From: Nitrospirota bacterium
GTDB taxonomy: Bacteria > Nitrospirota > UBA9217
DNA: 64,000 nt
Assembly (NCBI GenBank): GCA_963845065.1
Contig: CAWJQQ010000009.1
Location: forward strand, 608,001 to 672,000
Reading direction: 5' to 3'
Of the stretch, positions 63,096 to 64,000 are shown piece after piece. The notes beneath the pieces are model-generated. The model saw only the letters and a program-made list of their open reading frames with translations. It did not search any database and was not told the origin of the DNA. Each line of letters begins with the position of its first letter. The stretch's first letter is position 1. Position numbers and translations under genes: made by a program.

Positions 63096-64000
63096 TCAGG
63101 CATCCTGCTTCCCCTGCGTCACCCTGGCCTTGGCTTCGGTGATGACCCGCTCGATCTCCGCCTTGTCGAGGACTTCCTCCTTCATGAGTGCATTCGCAAG
63201 GGGATCGAGCATGATCCGGTTCTTCGTGAGGATTTCCATGGCAGTGTTTTCAGCTTCCTTGATCAACCGCTGGATCTCCTGGTCCATGATCCAGGCCATT
63301 TCATCGCTATAGCGCTTAGGCTGCGCGAGTTCCATTCCAAGAAAGGGGTGCTCTTCGCCTCTACCGAGGTTTACCGGCCCAACCTTATCGCTCATGCCCC
63401 ACTGGGCCACCATCTTCTCTGCAAGAGATGTAGCTTCTTTCAAATCGCTCTGAGCGCCGCTGCTCACATCGTTGAATACGATCTTCTCTGCGCTTCTTCC
63501 GCCGAGGGCGACACTTAGCTTGTTCATGAGGTAGGTTCGGGGATAATAATGCCGGTCTTCTTCGGGCAGAAGCTGCGTGACGCCCATAGCCATCCCCCTC
63601 GGAATTATACTCACCTTGTAGATCGGATCCGTACCCGGTAGCTCCCAGGCCACGAGGGCATGCCCTGCTTCGTGGTATGCGGTGATCTTCTTTTCATTGT
63701 CCGTGATCGTCTCTTCGCGCACGATGCCCATAAGTTGTGTGTCTCGGGCATCCTCGAAGTCGCTCATGTGGATGACCGTTTGGTTCTTCCTAAGCGCCAC
63801 GAGGGCAGCCTGGTTAGCGAGGTTCTCGAGATCGGCGCCGGTCATGCCCGGCGTTCCCCGGGCAACGGTATCGAGATTCACGTCCTCAGCAAGGAACTTT
63901 TTCTTAACGTGGACTTCGAGGATTGCCCTGCGTTCCTTCCATCCCGGCCGATCAACGACGATATGTTTGTCGAATCGGCCGGGCCGCAGCAGAGCCGGAT
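63096..64000 (-). CDS. ftsH: ATP-dependent zinc metalloprotease FtsH, 5' part outside window
   Basis: ALLRPGRFD, TPGMTGADL, AYHEAGH, LGGRSAE, SSGAQSDL. Confidence 0.93.
   Translation of the reverse strand, partial: PALLRPGRFDKHIVVDRPGWKERRAILEVHVKKKFLAEDVNLDTVARGTPGMTGADLENLANQAALVALRKNQTVIHMSDFEDARDTQLMGIVREETITDNEKKITAYHEAGHALVAWELPGTDPIYKVSIIPRGMAMGVTQLLPEEDRHYYPRTYLMNKLSVALGGRSAEKIVFNDVSSGAQSDLKEATSLAEKMVAQWGMSDKVGPVNLGRGEEHPFLGMELAQPKRYSDEMAWIMDQEIQRLIKEAENTAMEILTKNRIMLDPLANALMKEEVLDKAEIERVITEAKARVTQGKQDA

Overview
Bacterial chromosomal window; gene content suggests an anaerobic Nitrospirota/Deltaproteobacteria-like organism (inference only). After a short core block (ihfA-merR-tRNA-Pro GGG) comes a ~59 kb accessory region rich in IS elements and pseudogenes; core-type genes (ctpA-like protease, ftsH) resume at the right end. 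Main contents: (1) a MacAB-TolC-type efflux operon with a duplicated adaptor; (2) tnpB-only IS200/IS605 elements with IS608-like ends (one intact, one pseudogene, several relics) and a 137-bp miniature element; (3) IS481-, IS1380-, ISL3-, IS256-, IS3-, IS630-, IS4- and IS1182-like elements, several with readable target duplications; (4) a hyi-garR-ABC transporter-LarA homologue-glycerate 2-kinase cluster; (5) a DUF2844 / Ig-repeat-DUF3443 pair. The strongest hidden signal is at 56015-57019: two called ORFs are one reading frame joined through an in-frame UGA followed by a SECIS-like hairpin, i.e. a probable selenocysteine-containing thioredoxin-like/MerB-like lyase fusion. All family assignments come from motif recognition by eye; no searches were run.
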